Positions 8,616 to 17,342 of a stretch of 64,000 nucleotides of DNA are shown here, in pieces. The first letter of the stretch is position 1. Every line of letters starts with the position of its first letter. Position numbers and translations under genes: made by a program. The notes beneath the pieces were generated by a model. It was not told the DNA's origin. It saw nothing but the letters and a program-made list of their open reading frames with translations, and made no database searches. The stretch is from Candidatus Yonathbacteria bacterium RIFCSPLOWO2_01_FULL_43_27. Lineage in GTDB: Bacteria > Patescibacteriota > Minisyncoccia > Phycocordibacterales > UBA1550. Location of the stretch: NCBI GenBank assembly GCA_001823545.1, contig MHUV01000003.1:6718-70717 (forward strand). Reading direction: 5' to 3'.

Positions 8616-9791
8616 TTACATTATTTGATCAATAATTTTTGTTTTTAAATTTTCCACTTTTCTCGTCTTTATCCGTTTAATAAACGGATACTCAACATAG
8701 CGATATGTGAGAGAAGAAACAGATATTGTTATAACCCCGCTAAACAGTATGAGAGACCAAAATACTGTTGGTGAAATTGATGTTATCGGATAAAAATAAT
8801 CTATAGAATTTAGTATCGCAAAAAGCATGATGCTGTGAATCAGGTACACACTGTAACTTATAGTTCCTAGAAACTTTGCCACCTCTGTCTTTAATAAACC
8901 AAAAAGATCAGCACCATATACAAAAGATAAGAATACTCCAAGTGAAATAAAGTATTGGGTAAAAGAATAAGGTTTGTAGCTGATAAAATATATGAGAACC
9001 ACTCCTAAGATGGGCACCAGTGATGATATCGACTTTTGGAAAAATTTAATTTCTGGATATTTTTTATATATATGAGCAGCCATGATGCCGAATAAAAATA
9101 TAGCCCAATATCCTCTGAGTGGAGAGGAGAGAGCAAAGAAGGCTAACGGCAGTGCCATGATGAACATCTTCTTGCCTTTAAGAGAAACCGCAAGAATAGG
9201 AAGCATAAGATAAAACACCCATTCAAAAGCCAACGTCCAATGAATACCTGCGTTTATGGGAAGAACACTTATATTGTTAACAGAGGTAGTGGTAATAAGT
9301 CCGAGAGAAAGGAAGGAGAGGATACCTTTTACTGTTTCTCTGATATCTATATCTAACCCTGATTGTATGAAAATTGAAAAAATAATTATTCCCGCGGTAA
9401 AAAGATACATCGGAGCGAGACGCAAAAACCTACTTCGGTATAAAGCTCCTGCATCTATGTCTCCTTTTTGCGCAATAGCTTTTGACCAATATAGGAAACT
9501 TGTAAGAATAAAAAACAAAATAACGGCTTCCCCACCTAAGTGTCTATAAAATCTGATAGGAACAATTTCCCAAACACCACTCTGAAAATAAAAATGACTT
9601 GTCACCGCATGCTGAAAAAATACATTTATTGCTAAAAAACCTCGGAGGCCATCAAGGGACTCAAATCTGCCTCGCTCCTCCTCCTTTATAATCTTTCTGT
9701 AAAATGGAAAATTTCTTACCAATAAAATACTAAATCCCACAAGGATCCCTAAAATCAAAAAATATATCCATATCGTAGTAAAATCAAGCAT
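8616..9791 (-). CDS. Acyltransferase family 3 (OafA/YrhL-like) integral membrane protein
   Basis: ESLDGLRGFLAINVFFQH motif characteristic of acyltransferase_3. About 10 predicted TM segments. Confidence 0.8.
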   Translation of the reverse strand: MLDFTTIWIYFLILGILVGFSILLVRNFPFYRKIIKEEERGRFESLDGLRGFLAINVFFQHAVTSHFYFQSGVWEIVPIRFYRHLGGEAVILFFILTSFLYWSKAIAQKGDIDAGALYRSRFLRLAPMYLFTAGIIIFSIFIQSGLDIDIRETVKGILSFLSLGLITTTSVNNISVLPINAGIHWTLAFEWVFYLMLPILAVSLKGKKMFIMALPLAFFALSSPLRGYWAIFLFGIMAAHIYKKYPEIKFFQKSISSLVPILGVVLIYFISYKPYSFTQYFISLGVFLSFVYGADLFGLLKTEVAKFLGTISYSVYLIHSIMLFAILNSIDYFYPITSISPTVFWSLILFSGVITISVSSLTYRYVEYPFIKRIKTRKVENLKTKIIDQIM

Positions 9792-9879
9792 CTAGGAATG
9801 TTGGTATCTTTTCAAGAAATATATTATAACAAATAAACACCGAATTGTATCGATGATTATTTGTTTAAATGCTGATTTA

Positions 9880-10377
9880 GTTGAGATACGGTGAAGTCTC
9901 GGTCAAGCGCTCGCTCGTCGCCTTATTTGCGGTAAATGAATCGGTCACAGATATTTTGTTCGCCCCTCGGTGAAGTCTCGGCCAAGAACATTTTTCCTCG
10001 TCGTCACTCGAAAAATTTCTCGGCCCTGCTCGGATGACCCATTCTACTGAATGGGTGCCCATCCTCGCTTTCGATTCCTTCACCTACCACGCAAACAATC
10101 GTCGCTCAATGCTCTGCATTGTTCTCCTTGTTTGCGGTAAATGAATCGGTCACAGATATTTTGTTCGTCGTCACTCATAAGATTCCGCGGTCACAGGTAT
10201 TTTTCTGCTGAAAAATCCCGCGACCCCTCCTCGCGCCGTCGCGCTCCGGCCTTGCGAAAGCTCCAAGTATTCGCTTTCTCACCCGGCTCGTGGTCTCGCG
10301 TGTTCGCTCGACAACACTCCGCCCTTCGATTCCTTCACCGTCGTAAAGCGTTGCTTTACGATACCCCTCGTTCACTG
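9880..10377. repeat. GC-rich repeat-rich non-coding island downstream of tRNA-Trp
   Basis: Exact 37-nt direct repeat tttgcggtaaatgaatcggtcacagatattttgttcg at 9926..9962 and 10131..10167. cggtgaagtctcgg at 9889 and 9968. cgtcgtcactc at 10000 and 10166. Inverted copies of the tRNA-Trp 3' end (ttcgattccttcacc) at 10069..10084 and 10325..10340. Hairpin cgtaaagc-gtt-gctttacg at 10342..10360. Confidence 0.6.
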
Positions 10378-10448
10378 CGGGCGGTGAAGGAATCGAACCC
10401 TCGACATCGGTTTTGGAGACCGAAGTTATACCATTTAACTAACCGCCC
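10378..10448 (-). tRNA. trnW: tRNA-Trp (anticodon CCA)
   Basis: Reverse complement GGGCGGT-TA-GTTA-AATGGTA-TAAC-T-TCGGT-CTCCAAA-ACCGA-TGTC-GAGGG-TTCGATT-CCTTC-ACCGCCC-G gives a full cloverleaf of 71 nt. CCA is not encoded. Confidence 0.85.
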
Positions 10449-10541
10449 TATCTTCGCGAGTATAGCAAAGTTTAGATGAAAAATGAAGGTGTGGACGACT
10501 ATACAAAAAAATACCCCTTGCGGAGTATTTTTTACGGAGTA

Positions 10542-10700
10542 TTATTTCTTTACTTCTTTGTGCACGGTGTGCTTCTTGCACCACTTGCAAAACTTTTCAA
10601 GTTCTATCTTTCTGGTGACGAGCTTCTTGTTTTTGCGTGACCAGTAGTTGACGCGCTTACAATTTTTACAGCCAAGTTTAATAAGTTGATCTTGTGACAT
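10542..10700 (-). CDS. rpmG: 50S ribosomal protein L33
   Basis: Manual translation gives MSQDQLIKLGCKNCKRVNYWSRKNKKLVTRKIELEKFCKWCKKHTVHKEVKK, the L33 zinc-ribbon pattern (C-x2-C ... C-x2-C). Missed by the ORF track because it is 52 aa. Confidence 0.8.
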   Translation of the reverse strand: MSQDQLIKLGCKNCKRVNYWSRKNKKLVTRKIELEKFCKWCKKHTVHKEVKK

Positions 10701-10721
10701 AAATTTAAAATATATACCAGA

Positions 10722-11120
10722 TTATACTGTTGCTTCTGTTGCTTCTTCTTTTGATTCTGTCGCAGTTTCAGCTACTACAGATTCTACGGTTGCTTCGTTT
10801 GCTACAGGTGCAGGTGTCGCCTCTACTGCAGGAGCTTCCTTGATTATAGGAGTCTTCTTGCCGAGTACGTTAATTTTCTTTCCTGTTACTGCTTTGAGAT
10901 CAAGGAGAATGTTGTGAACAGTTCCTGAGGCAATCGCACCTTTTGAAATCCAGTGCTTTGCGCGCTCAACGTTGATTACGGGCTTTCCCTTGCGAGCGTC
11001 ATACATACCAAGGATTTCGAGGAAATTCCCTGTCTTTGGTTTTAATTTTGAGTCAGCGACGATAACACGAAATGATGGATCATTCTTTCGTCCGACGCGT
11101 TGTAATCTGATTGATAACAT
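10722..11120 (-). CDS. rpsP: 30S ribosomal protein S16 with Ala/Glu/Thr-rich C-terminal tail
   Basis: MLSIRLQRVGRKNDPSFRVIVADSK is the canonical S16 N-terminus. The track ORF has a 12-aa upstream extension. Confidence 0.85.
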   Translation of the reverse strand: MLSIRLQRVGRKNDPSFRVIVADSKLKPKTGNFLEILGMYDARKGKPVINVERAKHWISKGAIASGTVHNILLDLKAVTGKKINVLGKKTPIIKEAPAVEATPAPVANEATVESVVAETATESKEEATEATV

Positions 11121-11197
11121 AAAAACCATCCTATCAGAAAGCAGTGAAATGGTCAAGCGCCACTGGAAATATTACATTTTTTGAGCATCCAGCGCCC

Positions 11198-12058
11198 TTA
11201 TAAAGGACACACTTTCCCTATTTCTTGTATCACTTTTTCGATCCTTTCTTCGGGGAAACCGAGGGTACGGAGAGGGGTGTCGTTATCCCTAATAGAGCGA
11301 CACATTACGATTCCTTGTTCTAGAAGGTCTGTTTTTTCTTGTGCGGTAAGAGTAGAAAGGAAGGTTAAAGGATGTACCCCCGTTTCAATAATAAGATCCT
11401 GTAAGTTGCCCTGTTCCGGATAGTCCCAACCAATAACGGTGAGTCCTGTGCACTGCGCATAGGCAATTGCATCGCTCGTCAGTTTTGTGTTAGTAATTAA
11501 CCATCCCTCGTGTATCTTTGGTTCGTCACCATCTTTTACATCGTGACCTTTTTGAAGATCAAGAAAACGTGCATAGACATAGAGGGCAATCTTTACGTCA
11601 CTCTTGATCCCCTGCTGATTATGAAATTTACATTCTGCAAAGACATGACGTTCATCTTTTTCCATCAGAATATCAACCTCGTGTGACACACAAAAACCAG
11701 AGAGGACGACTCCGGTTTGTGTGTGGAACCCTTTTTTCTTGAGGACTTCAGCAACAAATTTTTCAAAAGGAAAGCCACTCGGGCCAAGATCCATTACGGC
11801 TTTACGAAGCGAGTAACGTACCGCTACAGGAAACGTCTTCTTTTCAAGAATATCAAACGCGTGTTTATATATTGCAGATGTCGTCATCCCATTTTTAAGT
11901 TCAGGAGTGATGTGATCCACGACCATTTGAATAGTTTCTTCGTCTGCTCCAGATCTTACAAGCGAACGCCTCAATTTCTTAACTGAAAAAGGTTCGCGCT
12001 CTCCGGAGTTTTTAATAACCCATGCAACTTCAGTATTGTTGTGTTCATTGTTTGTCAT
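11198..12058 (-). CDS. ATP-cone domain fused to an Mrr-cat (PD-(D/E)xK restriction-endonuclease-like) domain
   Basis: N-terminal VIKNSGEREPFSVKKLRRSLVRSGAD is an ATP-cone. The central FEKFVAEVLKKKGF...EVDIL...ECKF block is an Mrr-cat nuclease core. The likely start is MTNNEH at 12058, avoiding overlap with mnmA. Confidence 0.65.
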   Translation of the reverse strand: MTNNEHNNTEVAWVIKNSGEREPFSVKKLRRSLVRSGADEETIQMVVDHITPELKNGMTTSAIYKHAFDILEKKTFPVAVRYSLRKAVMDLGPSGFPFEKFVAEVLKKKGFHTQTGVVLSGFCVSHEVDILMEKDERHVFAECKFHNQQGIKSDVKIALYVYARFLDLQKGHDVKDGDEPKIHEGWLITNTKLTSDAIAYAQCTGLTVIGWDYPEQGNLQDLIIETGVHPLTFLSTLTAQEKTDLLEQGIVMCRSIRDNDTPLRTLGFPEERIEKVIQEIGKVCPL

Positions 12059-12096
12059 AACGCTTCTATTGTCGCATATTGAAGGAATACTGACAA

Positions 12097-13197
12097 TTAT
12101 TCTTCGACAATTCCACCACCAACACACTCACCCTCGTTATACAACACAATGGATTGCCCTTTGTCTACAATAACCGGCTTGAGGAATTCTATAGTGATTA
12201 TGGAGTCACGATATACGAGACGGCAGGGATACAGTTCTCCGTGGTAGCGTACCTGTGCGGTGTATGATTGCACTGTAGAAGGAATAGTCCCTGCACAGAA
12301 ACTTGTTTGAGAAATAGGCACCGTTGTTCGTTCACACGAGAGTGAGTTTTTTATTCGATGAGCAACGGTGATTGTGTTTGCCTCAAGATCCTTTGAGACA
12401 ACATAATAGGGCACTTCCTCGGTTGTTTTTTGGCTAATTACGAACCCGTGTCGTTCACCAAGGGTATAGAAGTACGCACCACGATGTGTGCCAATAGTTT
12501 CTCCTGCTTCGTTTAGTACCGCACCTTCCTTTTCGGTAATATAATGTGCGAGAAAATCCTTCATATCAAGTTTCCCTACAAAGCAAAGACCCTGACTATC
12601 CTTCTTTTCTGCAACAGGAATATTAAATTTCTTTGCCAGTGTGCGCACGTGTGTTTTTTTGTATTTGCCAATTGGGAAAAAAGTTTTTGATAATTGTTCC
12701 TGCATAAGTGTCCATAAAAAGTATGACTGATCTTTAGCTTCATCTATCCCCGTGAGGAGCTGATAATACGGGTGTGGTGCTTTTTTATTGTATGCCACCC
12801 GCGCATAGTGCCCCGTGGCGACAGCATCAGCACCAAGGGCTTCAGCTCGACGAAAAAATGCACCGAACTTTACTTCCTTGTTGCATAACACATCTGGGTT
12901 TGGGGTACGTCCTGCTTTGTATTCACGAATCATATAATCAGCAACATATTCCTTATATTCTTTTTCAAAATCCCACGTTAAAAGTGGAATACCTAAGTGT
13001 GCAGCAACACGCAACGCATCACGACGTTCTGCCTCCCATGTGCACGGTAAAAAATCCGGTTGCCATACCTTCATAAAGACCCCGACGACGTCATACCCCT
13101 CTTTTTTAAGAAGTGCAGCCGAAACCGAGCTGTCAACGCCTCCCGACATCGCTACAAAGACCCTTTTTTTGTTCTTCATCATAAGCTCTTTTAGCAT
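12097..13197 (-). CDS. mnmA: tRNA-specific 2-thiouridylase
   Basis: PP-loop SGGVDSS, catalytic-Cys context CNKEVKFGAFF, C-terminal barrel; full length. Confidence 0.9.
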   Translation of the reverse strand: MLKELMMKNKKRVFVAMSGGVDSSVSAALLKKEGYDVVGVFMKVWQPDFLPCTWEAERRDALRVAAHLGIPLLTWDFEKEYKEYVADYMIREYKAGRTPNPDVLCNKEVKFGAFFRRAEALGADAVATGHYARVAYNKKAPHPYYQLLTGIDEAKDQSYFLWTLMQEQLSKTFFPIGKYKKTHVRTLAKKFNIPVAEKKDSQGLCFVGKLDMKDFLAHYITEKEGAVLNEAGETIGTHRGAYFYTLGERHGFVISQKTTEEVPYYVVSKDLEANTITVAHRIKNSLSCERTTVPISQTSFCAGTIPSTVQSYTAQVRYHGELYPCRLVYRDSIITIEFLKPVIVDKGQSIVLYNEGECVGGGIVEE

Positions 13198-13210
13198 ACA
13201 TCATAAGTAT

Positions 13211-13253
13211 TAATAAAGGAACCTCGGGGCAAAGCTCCGAGGTTCCTTTATTA
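13211..13253. terminator. Perfect 17-bp stem hairpin, intrinsic-terminator-like
   Basis: taataaaggaacctcgg-ggcaaagct-ccgaggttcctttatta. Confidence 0.5.
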
Positions 13254-13273
13254 CCGCACATTCAAATTTTGAG

Positions 13274-13801
13274 CTATAGAGAAATTTGAACAATTGAGGC
13301 TATGAATTCAGCTGAGGTACCAATACTTTCCTTACTCATCACCATAACATAATCTCCATTTTTTATGTCGCTAACACCGAGCTTGGTACCAGCTTCTTTC
13401 TTGGCAAGTAACTCTAATTTCAAAATTTTTGTTTCTCCGATTATCTTTATCGTTCTATCTCTCAAGTAGCTGGAAATGAACACCTGATCGTTGCAAGTTC
13501 CCAATGATTCGCTAGAAGGTTGGATCTTTATAAAATCGGCACCAACCTCAACGACCGTACCGCTGATTTCATTGGAATTTTGTACCCTACTTTTTAAATC
13601 TGCTTCCTCTTGTGCAATATCCTTTGGGTCACGACTTCCGTTTTGGTTAGTATTTGACTGGATTTCTCCTGTATTGGTACTCAATTCTTGACCAATCATA
13701 TTTCGCACATAATATCTTGTGGCAAAAAAACTTGTAGCAGAAGCAGCAACAACGACTACGATGAGATTTAGTGCTTGGTAGAAAACTTTTCTGTTATCCA
13801 T
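13274..13801 (-). CDS. Hypothetical N-terminally anchored protein
   Basis: TM LNLIVVVVAASATSFFA, then a polar region; no recognisable motif. Confidence 0.4.
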   Translation of the reverse strand: MDNRKVFYQALNLIVVVVAASATSFFATRYYVRNMIGQELSTNTGEIQSNTNQNGSRDPKDIAQEEADLKSRVQNSNEISGTVVEVGADFIKIQPSSESLGTCNDQVFISSYLRDRTIKIIGETKILKLELLAKKEAGTKLGVSDIKNGDYVMVMSKESIGTSAEFIASIVQISL

Positions 13802-13825
13802 GATGATGGTAAATATTTATGTTAA

Positions 13826-14791
13826 TTAAAAATTTGTGTCTACTGAAGTCCAATTTTCAGGAAAACTTCCGAAGCTTAAAACTACATTGTTTCTCACTTG
13901 ATATTTAGTATTACTTGTATCTGTTTCTTCTAAGCAATACATTCGTGTAGTGGGTCCGGTGCATGTACTGTTCGTATAGACTAACGCTGTTCTATTACCG
14001 CTGGATGTACAATTTATATTTGTAAAATCAGCTTCTGTATGAATAGTTCCTGTGGTGTAATTCCTATAGGTGGGAATACAGACATTGGCTCCAGTGTTCC
14101 AGTCCTGTTGCAGGGTGTATAAGTTAATACTTGAAGGCATTCCTGAGCCATAATTGTCGCGACAATTTAACATAAAAACCCAAGAAGCTCTCTCAAAAAA
14201 ATTACATGTTACGGAATAATTAACAGGAGCATTTACCCAACCAAAACTCTTTTTATTAATAGAGGCATTGAGATATCCACCAGAAGTACCCCATACATTA
14301 CTCGTGACGGTGCCAGTTTTTGTGCAAAACTTGGTTTGGTTCCTTGCAAGAGTCACCGTACTGCCATCAGCAGCACACGTTGCTACACATTTATCAGCAT
14401 TGCAAGTAATAAGTCCTGTGCCACTGCTGCTAGAAGTCACAGAAGTATACAGTGCTCTCCATTCTGTGCCATTACAAATTTCTACGTTATTAATTGCAGA
14501 GTTGTAATGTATTGATCCCGTGTTTGTCGCCGTGCAGGGAGTGGGTATCGAATCATTACCTATTCTGATACTTCCTCCAAAGACCGCGCTGTTGATAACA
14601 TTTAACGCCCCAACAGTCAGATTGCCGACTTTAGTTTGTGCTAGTGATGAGGTATTAATTGGACTGGTAACACCAGGGACTGGATTAGGAGGTGTAACGG
14701 TTGGTGGAGTCCATGCATATGCTACGCCACACAAAAGTGCTGTTACTAAAAATACAACTAATGTCTTTAATGATGTGCTGATTGTGTTCAT
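13826..14791 (-). CDS. Secreted Cys/Thr/Asn-rich hypothetical protein
   Basis: Signal peptide (LKTLVVFLVTALLCGVAYAW), a Pro-rich linker, many Cys. Confidence 0.45.
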   Translation of the reverse strand: MNTISTSLKTLVVFLVTALLCGVAYAWTPPTVTPPNPVPGVTSPINTSSLAQTKVGNLTVGALNVINSAVFGGSIRIGNDSIPTPCTATNTGSIHYNSAINNVEICNGTEWRALYTSVTSSSSGTGLITCNADKCVATCAADGSTVTLARNQTKFCTKTGTVTSNVWGTSGGYLNASINKKSFGWVNAPVNYSVTCNFFERASWVFMLNCRDNYGSGMPSSINLYTLQQDWNTGANVCIPTYRNYTTGTIHTEADFTNINCTSSGNRTALVYTNSTCTGPTTRMYCLEETDTSNTKYQVRNNVVLSFGSFPENWTSVDTNF

Positions 14792-14899
14792 TAATTTAAT
14801 AAATTATTAATAAGTGAGAACGTGTTTCAAATACATGCATATATAATACACTCTTCATGTTAGATATACAACAAAAATATCGTCTAATTTTTAATTATA

Positions 14900-15949
14900 T
14901 TATTTTATATATTTTGTTTTGTTAACCTTATGTTCATCGAACGTGCGCGCGTAGTGTAGTATTCCTTTTTCGTCCGAAAGGTAGTAGAGGTAAGGAGATT
15001 CTTTTGGTTTGATAGCAGCACGAATGGTGGAGATGCCAGGATTGCCGATAGGACCAGCGGGAAGTCCTTTATTTTTGTAGGTATTATACGCAGACTTCAT
15101 TGCAAGGTCTGTTTGAGTAAGCTCACTCGATGTTTTACCAAGTAAATAATAAAACGGAGCATCTACCTGAAGGGGGATCCCTTTTTCAATACGTTTCCAA
15201 AGAATTCCTGAAACAAGCGCTTGATCTTCTTCTGTTTTGGCCTCCTTTTCAATAATCGACGCCATAATAATAATTTCACGCTCAGTATGTCCTGAAGCTT
15301 CGATAAAAGGTGTCCACGGCTCAATTTTTTTCTTAAATTCAGTACTCATTACGCGTATGACTTCATCAGTGTTGGCGCTTGCATTAAAGAAATAGGTATC
15401 TGGAAATAAAAATCCTTCTTGTGTACGTGCACGGTCGGTAAAAAAGCGGGCGTCGAACTTTGAAAGGAGTGGTGAGAGAGTATCAGCAATACTTTGATTT
15501 GATGTTCCTTCAGGGATAGTGACTTTCACCATAGGAATACCTGAAACACCACGTACGATACGCATTGAAATACTGCATGCCCCTACAGGTTTTTTGAAAA
15601 CATAATCCCCCGCCATAATATGTTTATCGCCTCCTAATACTGTCATACATACTTTAAACATAAAGCCTGAGCGAATAATATTCTTTTCTTCAAACGAGAG
15701 CGCTACACTACCTAATGGCGAACCTTTTTCTACTGTAATAGTTTCATTTGAAGGAAACTGTCGTGGTGGAACTAAAAGATAAGCAAAAAAAGAAACGAGT
15801 AACACAAAAATAATTATTAGTACAAATAATATTTTTGAAGACCGTGTTGAGAGTCCGAGGCTCCCCGCAATCATTGAAAAAGGAATTTTTTTGAAAAAAT
15901 TTGTATTTTGTGGCGTTTGTGGTGGGTGTTCCGGTAGTATTTGATCCAT
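14900..15949 (-). CDS. mltG: Endolytic murein transglycosylase MltG (YceG family)
   Basis: TM anchor, then YceG motifs IPEGTS, ASIIEKEA, LQVDAP, NTYKNKGLPAGPIGNPG, YLYYLSDEKGILHYARTFDEH. Confidence 0.8.
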   Translation of the reverse strand: MDQILPEHPPQTPQNTNFFKKIPFSMIAGSLGLSTRSSKILFVLIIIFVLLVSFFAYLLVPPRQFPSNETITVEKGSPLGSVALSFEEKNIIRSGFMFKVCMTVLGGDKHIMAGDYVFKKPVGACSISMRIVRGVSGIPMVKVTIPEGTSNQSIADTLSPLLSKFDARFFTDRARTQEGFLFPDTYFFNASANTDEVIRVMSTEFKKKIEPWTPFIEASGHTEREIIIMASIIEKEAKTEEDQALVSGILWKRIEKGIPLQVDAPFYYLLGKTSSELTQTDLAMKSAYNTYKNKGLPAGPIGNPGISTIRAAIKPKESPYLYYLSDEKGILHYARTFDEHKVNKTKYIK

Positions 15950-15965
15950 GGTGAATGCGTTTTTG

Positions 15966-17249
15966 TTATATTGGTAAGTTTACCGGTGCCTCGCTCTTGT
16001 GTGAAGGAATGCGACCGAATGTTGGTGTCTGAGAAACACCTCCTGGGAAATGGAAGATCGTTGCAAGTTCCTCAGTAGTGAGCGTGAATGGCTTCAATTT
16101 GCGTGGTAAATAAAACCATGAGCGGTGCTTATACGCATCAAACTGAATCTTCCTTTTTTCTGAAATGCGTTTATTTTTACTAAAGTAAAATTTGGGGAAG
16201 AATATATAATCTTCAAATGTTACATATGACTGCCATGGGTAGTCAAAACCAGCAGTCTGGTTGAGGAGGCCGAAACCGTTAAGGTTACTTGAAGAAAATG
16301 CACCCCACAACACACCGAGCGCTCTACTGTGAACACCTATATTAAAATTTTCTTTTTTCGCAAGATACATTGCGCGCACTCCGCAATCAAAACCGGTTTT
16401 CCCAACGCTTCGCTCAATGGCTGCTATGGTATCCAGCTCCCCTCTTGTTTTCAAAAGCATTTTGAATCCAACATCTTCCCCTTCTTTCTTCTCCCCTTCT
16501 TTGAGCTTTGCGATGATGTCCTTTGCTTCATCTTTCCAATCACCCAAGCTGCCATCCTTCTTTTTGTATCTTTTTTCTGCTGCGCGTACAAGAATCTGAA
16601 TCCAAATCTGCTCACCTTTTCCTATTGAGCCAAGGTATTCTATTATTGAAGTAATAGGGTCAATTTTGTATTCTTCTTTAATACCTTCTTTGTCGAGCCC
16701 GTAGTCAACATAGGTTTTAATGGGGTACGGGTCGGCCTTTACGAGCTTATAGTCACGACCAACAACATCCCACGCACTACCTTCGCCATGATAATCAACA
16801 TAGCGTGTATAGTCAGGAACTTCGTAGATTTCAATGTCTGGATATTGCGCGTAAAGCTGTGCCTCAATAATGTTTTTATACGTGGCAGCAGAACGAATAA
16901 AAAACTTAACGTTCCCTTCGAGAGAAACTATTTCTAGAGAAAACCAATCTCGTACCCTGCCCTTAGTATACCAATCCCACCAATTGCCTTTTCCTGTTTG
17001 ATTGAGTGCGTTCAACATTATCTCCATCGCAAGAGGAGATTTATTTACTTCTTTTGGAACTTTAATTTCAAGCAAGACCCATTTTATTTTTGAGCGCCAC
17101 TGTGCTTGAATATAATGCACCCATGATTTCCATAGAACGTACGCAAAAACAACAGGTCCCCAGTACGGAAACCACTGAAGAATTATGATGAGATATATCG
17201 CTAGGTTACTAAAAAGTTTGCTGAATCCGAGTGTTTGAATAACATTCAT
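15966..17249 (-). CDS. Hypothetical conserved membrane-associated protein (427 aa)
   Basis: Long ORF with strong coding character and an N-terminal hydrophobic segment. No motif identified by eye; the C-terminal ELATIFHFPGG stands out. Confidence 0.4.
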   Translation of the reverse strand: MNVIQTLGFSKLFSNLAIYLIIILQWFPYWGPVVFAYVLWKSWVHYIQAQWRSKIKWVLLEIKVPKEVNKSPLAMEIMLNALNQTGKGNWWDWYTKGRVRDWFSLEIVSLEGNVKFFIRSAATYKNIIEAQLYAQYPDIEIYEVPDYTRYVDYHGEGSAWDVVGRDYKLVKADPYPIKTYVDYGLDKEGIKEEYKIDPITSIIEYLGSIGKGEQIWIQILVRAAEKRYKKKDGSLGDWKDEAKDIIAKLKEGEKKEGEDVGFKMLLKTRGELDTIAAIERSVGKTGFDCGVRAMYLAKKENFNIGVHSRALGVLWGAFSSSNLNGFGLLNQTAGFDYPWQSYVTFEDYIFFPKFYFSKNKRISEKRKIQFDAYKHRSWFYLPRKLKPFTLTTEELATIFHFPGGVSQTPTFGRIPSHKSEAPVNLPI

Positions 17250-17293
17250 ACACTACATCATACAATAAAGTATGAAAAGTAAAAAGAGCGGTT

Positions 17294-17338
17294 CCATATT
17301 AAAAAACCTCGCCATGGTGGCGAGGTTTTTTAATATGG
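17294..17338. terminator. Perfect 21-bp stem palindrome flanked by A-run and T-run (bidirectional intrinsic terminator)
   Basis: ccatattaaaaaacctcgcca-tgg-tggcgaggttttttaatatgg. Confidence 0.6.
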
Positions 17339-17342
17339 AATG

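Noticed and set aside
9969-10085. Possible intron-containing or long-variable-arm tRNA on the plus strand (GGTGAAG ... CTTCACC could pair as an acceptor stem)
   Set aside because: No D-arm or anticodon arm can be drawn and the length is ~115 nt. More likely a degenerate fragment of the tRNA-Trp 3' end.
9880-10377. Possible CRISPR array
   Set aside because: Repeats are of unequal length and irregular spacing (37-mer x2, 14-mer x2, 11-mer x2). There is no constant repeat-spacer periodicity and no cas genes in the window.
10320-10450. Integrated element using tRNA-Trp (or tRNA-Asn at 60519) as attachment site
   Set aside because: The tRNA 3'-end copies are inverted, not direct, repeats. They lie within ~50-300 bp of the tRNA and no integrase or phage genes are nearby. 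Classic attL/attR architecture is not met, although decayed scars cannot be excluded.
9877-10479. ORFs 9877-10083(-), 10141-10479(+), 10175-10375(-) in the tRNA-Trp island
   Set aside because: Arg/Ser-rich, no RBS, and they overlap the tRNA gene and GC-rich repeats. Treated as non-coding. SecE (expected after tRNA-Trp) was looked for, but no ORF here has a TM helix.
10501-10547. Repeated word gcggagtatt (10521, 10534; also 56293) downstream of rpmG, considered as a regulatory motif
   Set aside because: Only three short occurrences and no clear hairpin. Likely part of a weak terminator, and chance in AT-rich sequence.
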